Assembly: GCA_000708835.1 (NCBI GenBank)
Contig: DF237006.1
Span: 201,210-265,209 of the forward strand
DNA from: Klebsormidium nitens
Lineage: Eukaryota; Plantae; Klebsormidiophyceae
Length of the DNA: 64,000 nucleotides
Direction: 5' to 3'
The position numbers and the translations under genes are program-made. Position 1 is the first letter of the stretch; each line of letters begins with the position of its first letter. The notes beneath the pieces were generated by a model. It saw nothing but the letters and a program-made list of their open reading frames with translations. It was not told the origin of the DNA and made no database searches. Positions 62,701-64,000 of the stretch are shown here, piece by piece.

Positions 62701-63597
62701 CCGAAGCTTTTGCTTGACTGGACTAATATCGTATCCTGGTGACTGAGATTTGTTTCCTGTGCGTCTTCGGCTTGCTTCAGAATGCCATCAGAGGTTCACA
62801 TCGTCGCTTTCTTTGTATTTCCAATGCGGGCAGACCCCTTTCTCGAGACCCCAACCGTTCCGTTCCCTGACTATCACGGCTTTGTTCACCGAGCGTTGCC
62901 CGCCCGGCAGGTCATCGTGTTGTGCACCGTCCGATCCAATACGGACGGCCAGCTGGGGTTCGTCGCAGACGCCCGGCGGATGAACGTGGCCCTGACGCGA
63001 GCCAAGCGCGGCCTTATTGTGGTGAGAAGTCTCATGCTGACAAGTTTGGAATGACGGACGACAGCCTCGCTCACTGGATAAACGAAGAGGGTCGAGAAGG
63101 GCAATATGCTGGACGCATTATGCAACAGGACGATGCAGGCACGTACGAACTTTTTCACTACCGCACGTGCCTTTTTCATGAGATCGTTTTCCAGGCCCTC
63201 CGCCCTCATCCTTCTCGAAGGACAAGCGCGTAATTGTCTCATGAAACGGCCTGGACTACTTCCGTCTATTCTACAGAGCGTAACGGTTGAGGTCCTCAGC
63301 AAAATCACACAACGCCCTGGCAAACAGCGACGAGCCCTCGCTTTTGGGGTCGTAAGAGAACGGGATTGCTCGTTTGCGAAGTGATTTTGTCTGTGCTGGT
63401 TTTGTGCCGCCGATCAAAGCTATGCGCGGCTGCGCCGAAGCTTACTTGACTTTCTTTATTGTTTGTTCCAGGTTGGCAACCAATCGACGCTTAGCAAGCA
63501 AGATCCCTGGCGTAGCTGGCTGGCAGGTTTGAGCACGATAGACGATGATTTAAGGAAGCTAAAGCGTTCGGCAAATTTGTCGGAGGTTGTCGTATGA
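53762..63597 (+). CDS. Superfamily 1B helicase, Upf1/IGHMBP2(SMUBP-2)-like, with possible organellar transit peptide
   Basis: Exons include 53762-54220, 54967-55152, 55691-55779, about 56251-56395, 56915-about 57342 (..WQGPP), about 57818-57910 (GTGKT), 58160-58238 (SNIAVDNL), 58660-58872, 59416-59520 (VIDEATQ), 60217-60327 (LVGDQKQLPP), 61091-61263 (SLFEEL, LDTQYRMHP), 61577-about 61685 (NQAEA), about 62090-62176 (IGVIAPYSGQ), 62441-about 62558 (TVDGFQGREKE), 62911-63021 (RRMNVALTRAK) and 63472-63597. Confidence 0.9.
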
Positions 63598-64000
63598 CAG
63601 ATTAGACCGAGCGACAATTAATCATTGAGTTGCTGGAATGATCAGTAGGTAAAGCTAGAAGCGCGCGTAACTCTAAACGCTTTCCGTGAAGGCTGGAATG
63701 GCATGTATGATTACACTCAGTGAGCCAGCCCTGGGATTCCAAATCGAAAGAGTTCACTTAACATAGCTTCCATGCAGAGTCCTCACAATGATCTGTGTGC
63801 ATGCTTCCTCAGCTTCCACATATGCAGGATCTGCCATGATATGCATGGCGCCGGACTCAGCTGATCGAACGTTCTGCACATGTCTGTGCTGACTCAGCGT
63901 TGTCTTCCCCAGTGTGCTCATGTGTTTGAAGCCGCAAGCGAGACCGAATCGACTGCGCTTTAGACTGCCAAGAGATCATGTATCGCGACGTTTCGTATCA

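Overview
Intron-rich eukaryotic nuclear DNA from a green streptophyte. Gene content and intron style suggest a charophyte alga such as Klebsormidium (inference). I reconstructed these genes by hand from splice signals and reading frames: RPS3 (partial), an RBP45D-like triple-RRM protein, an acyl-protein thioesterase, the PsbP-family lumen protein TL19, a plant-type TDRD3 (RMI1-like OB fold), MED27 and a Upf1/IGHMBP2-like SF1 helicase. A family of three paralogous protein kinases with acidic N-termini is also present: one intact non-RD copy and two disrupted copies. The best novelty candidate is a 6-exon gene at 44177-47413 (-) that the ORF track does not show. It encodes a secreted protein of about 239 aa: signal peptide + dirigent/allene-oxide-cyclase-like barrel + P/S/T/G linker + 6-Cys knottin-like module. 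Other observations: two GC-AG introns, exon-end duplications inside introns, a mosaic kinase paralog, a duplicated bidirectional promoter, and an inverted repeat flanking a 106-N assembly gap. No rRNA, tRNA or CRISPR was recognised. All family assignments rest on motif recognition and memory, not on database searches.
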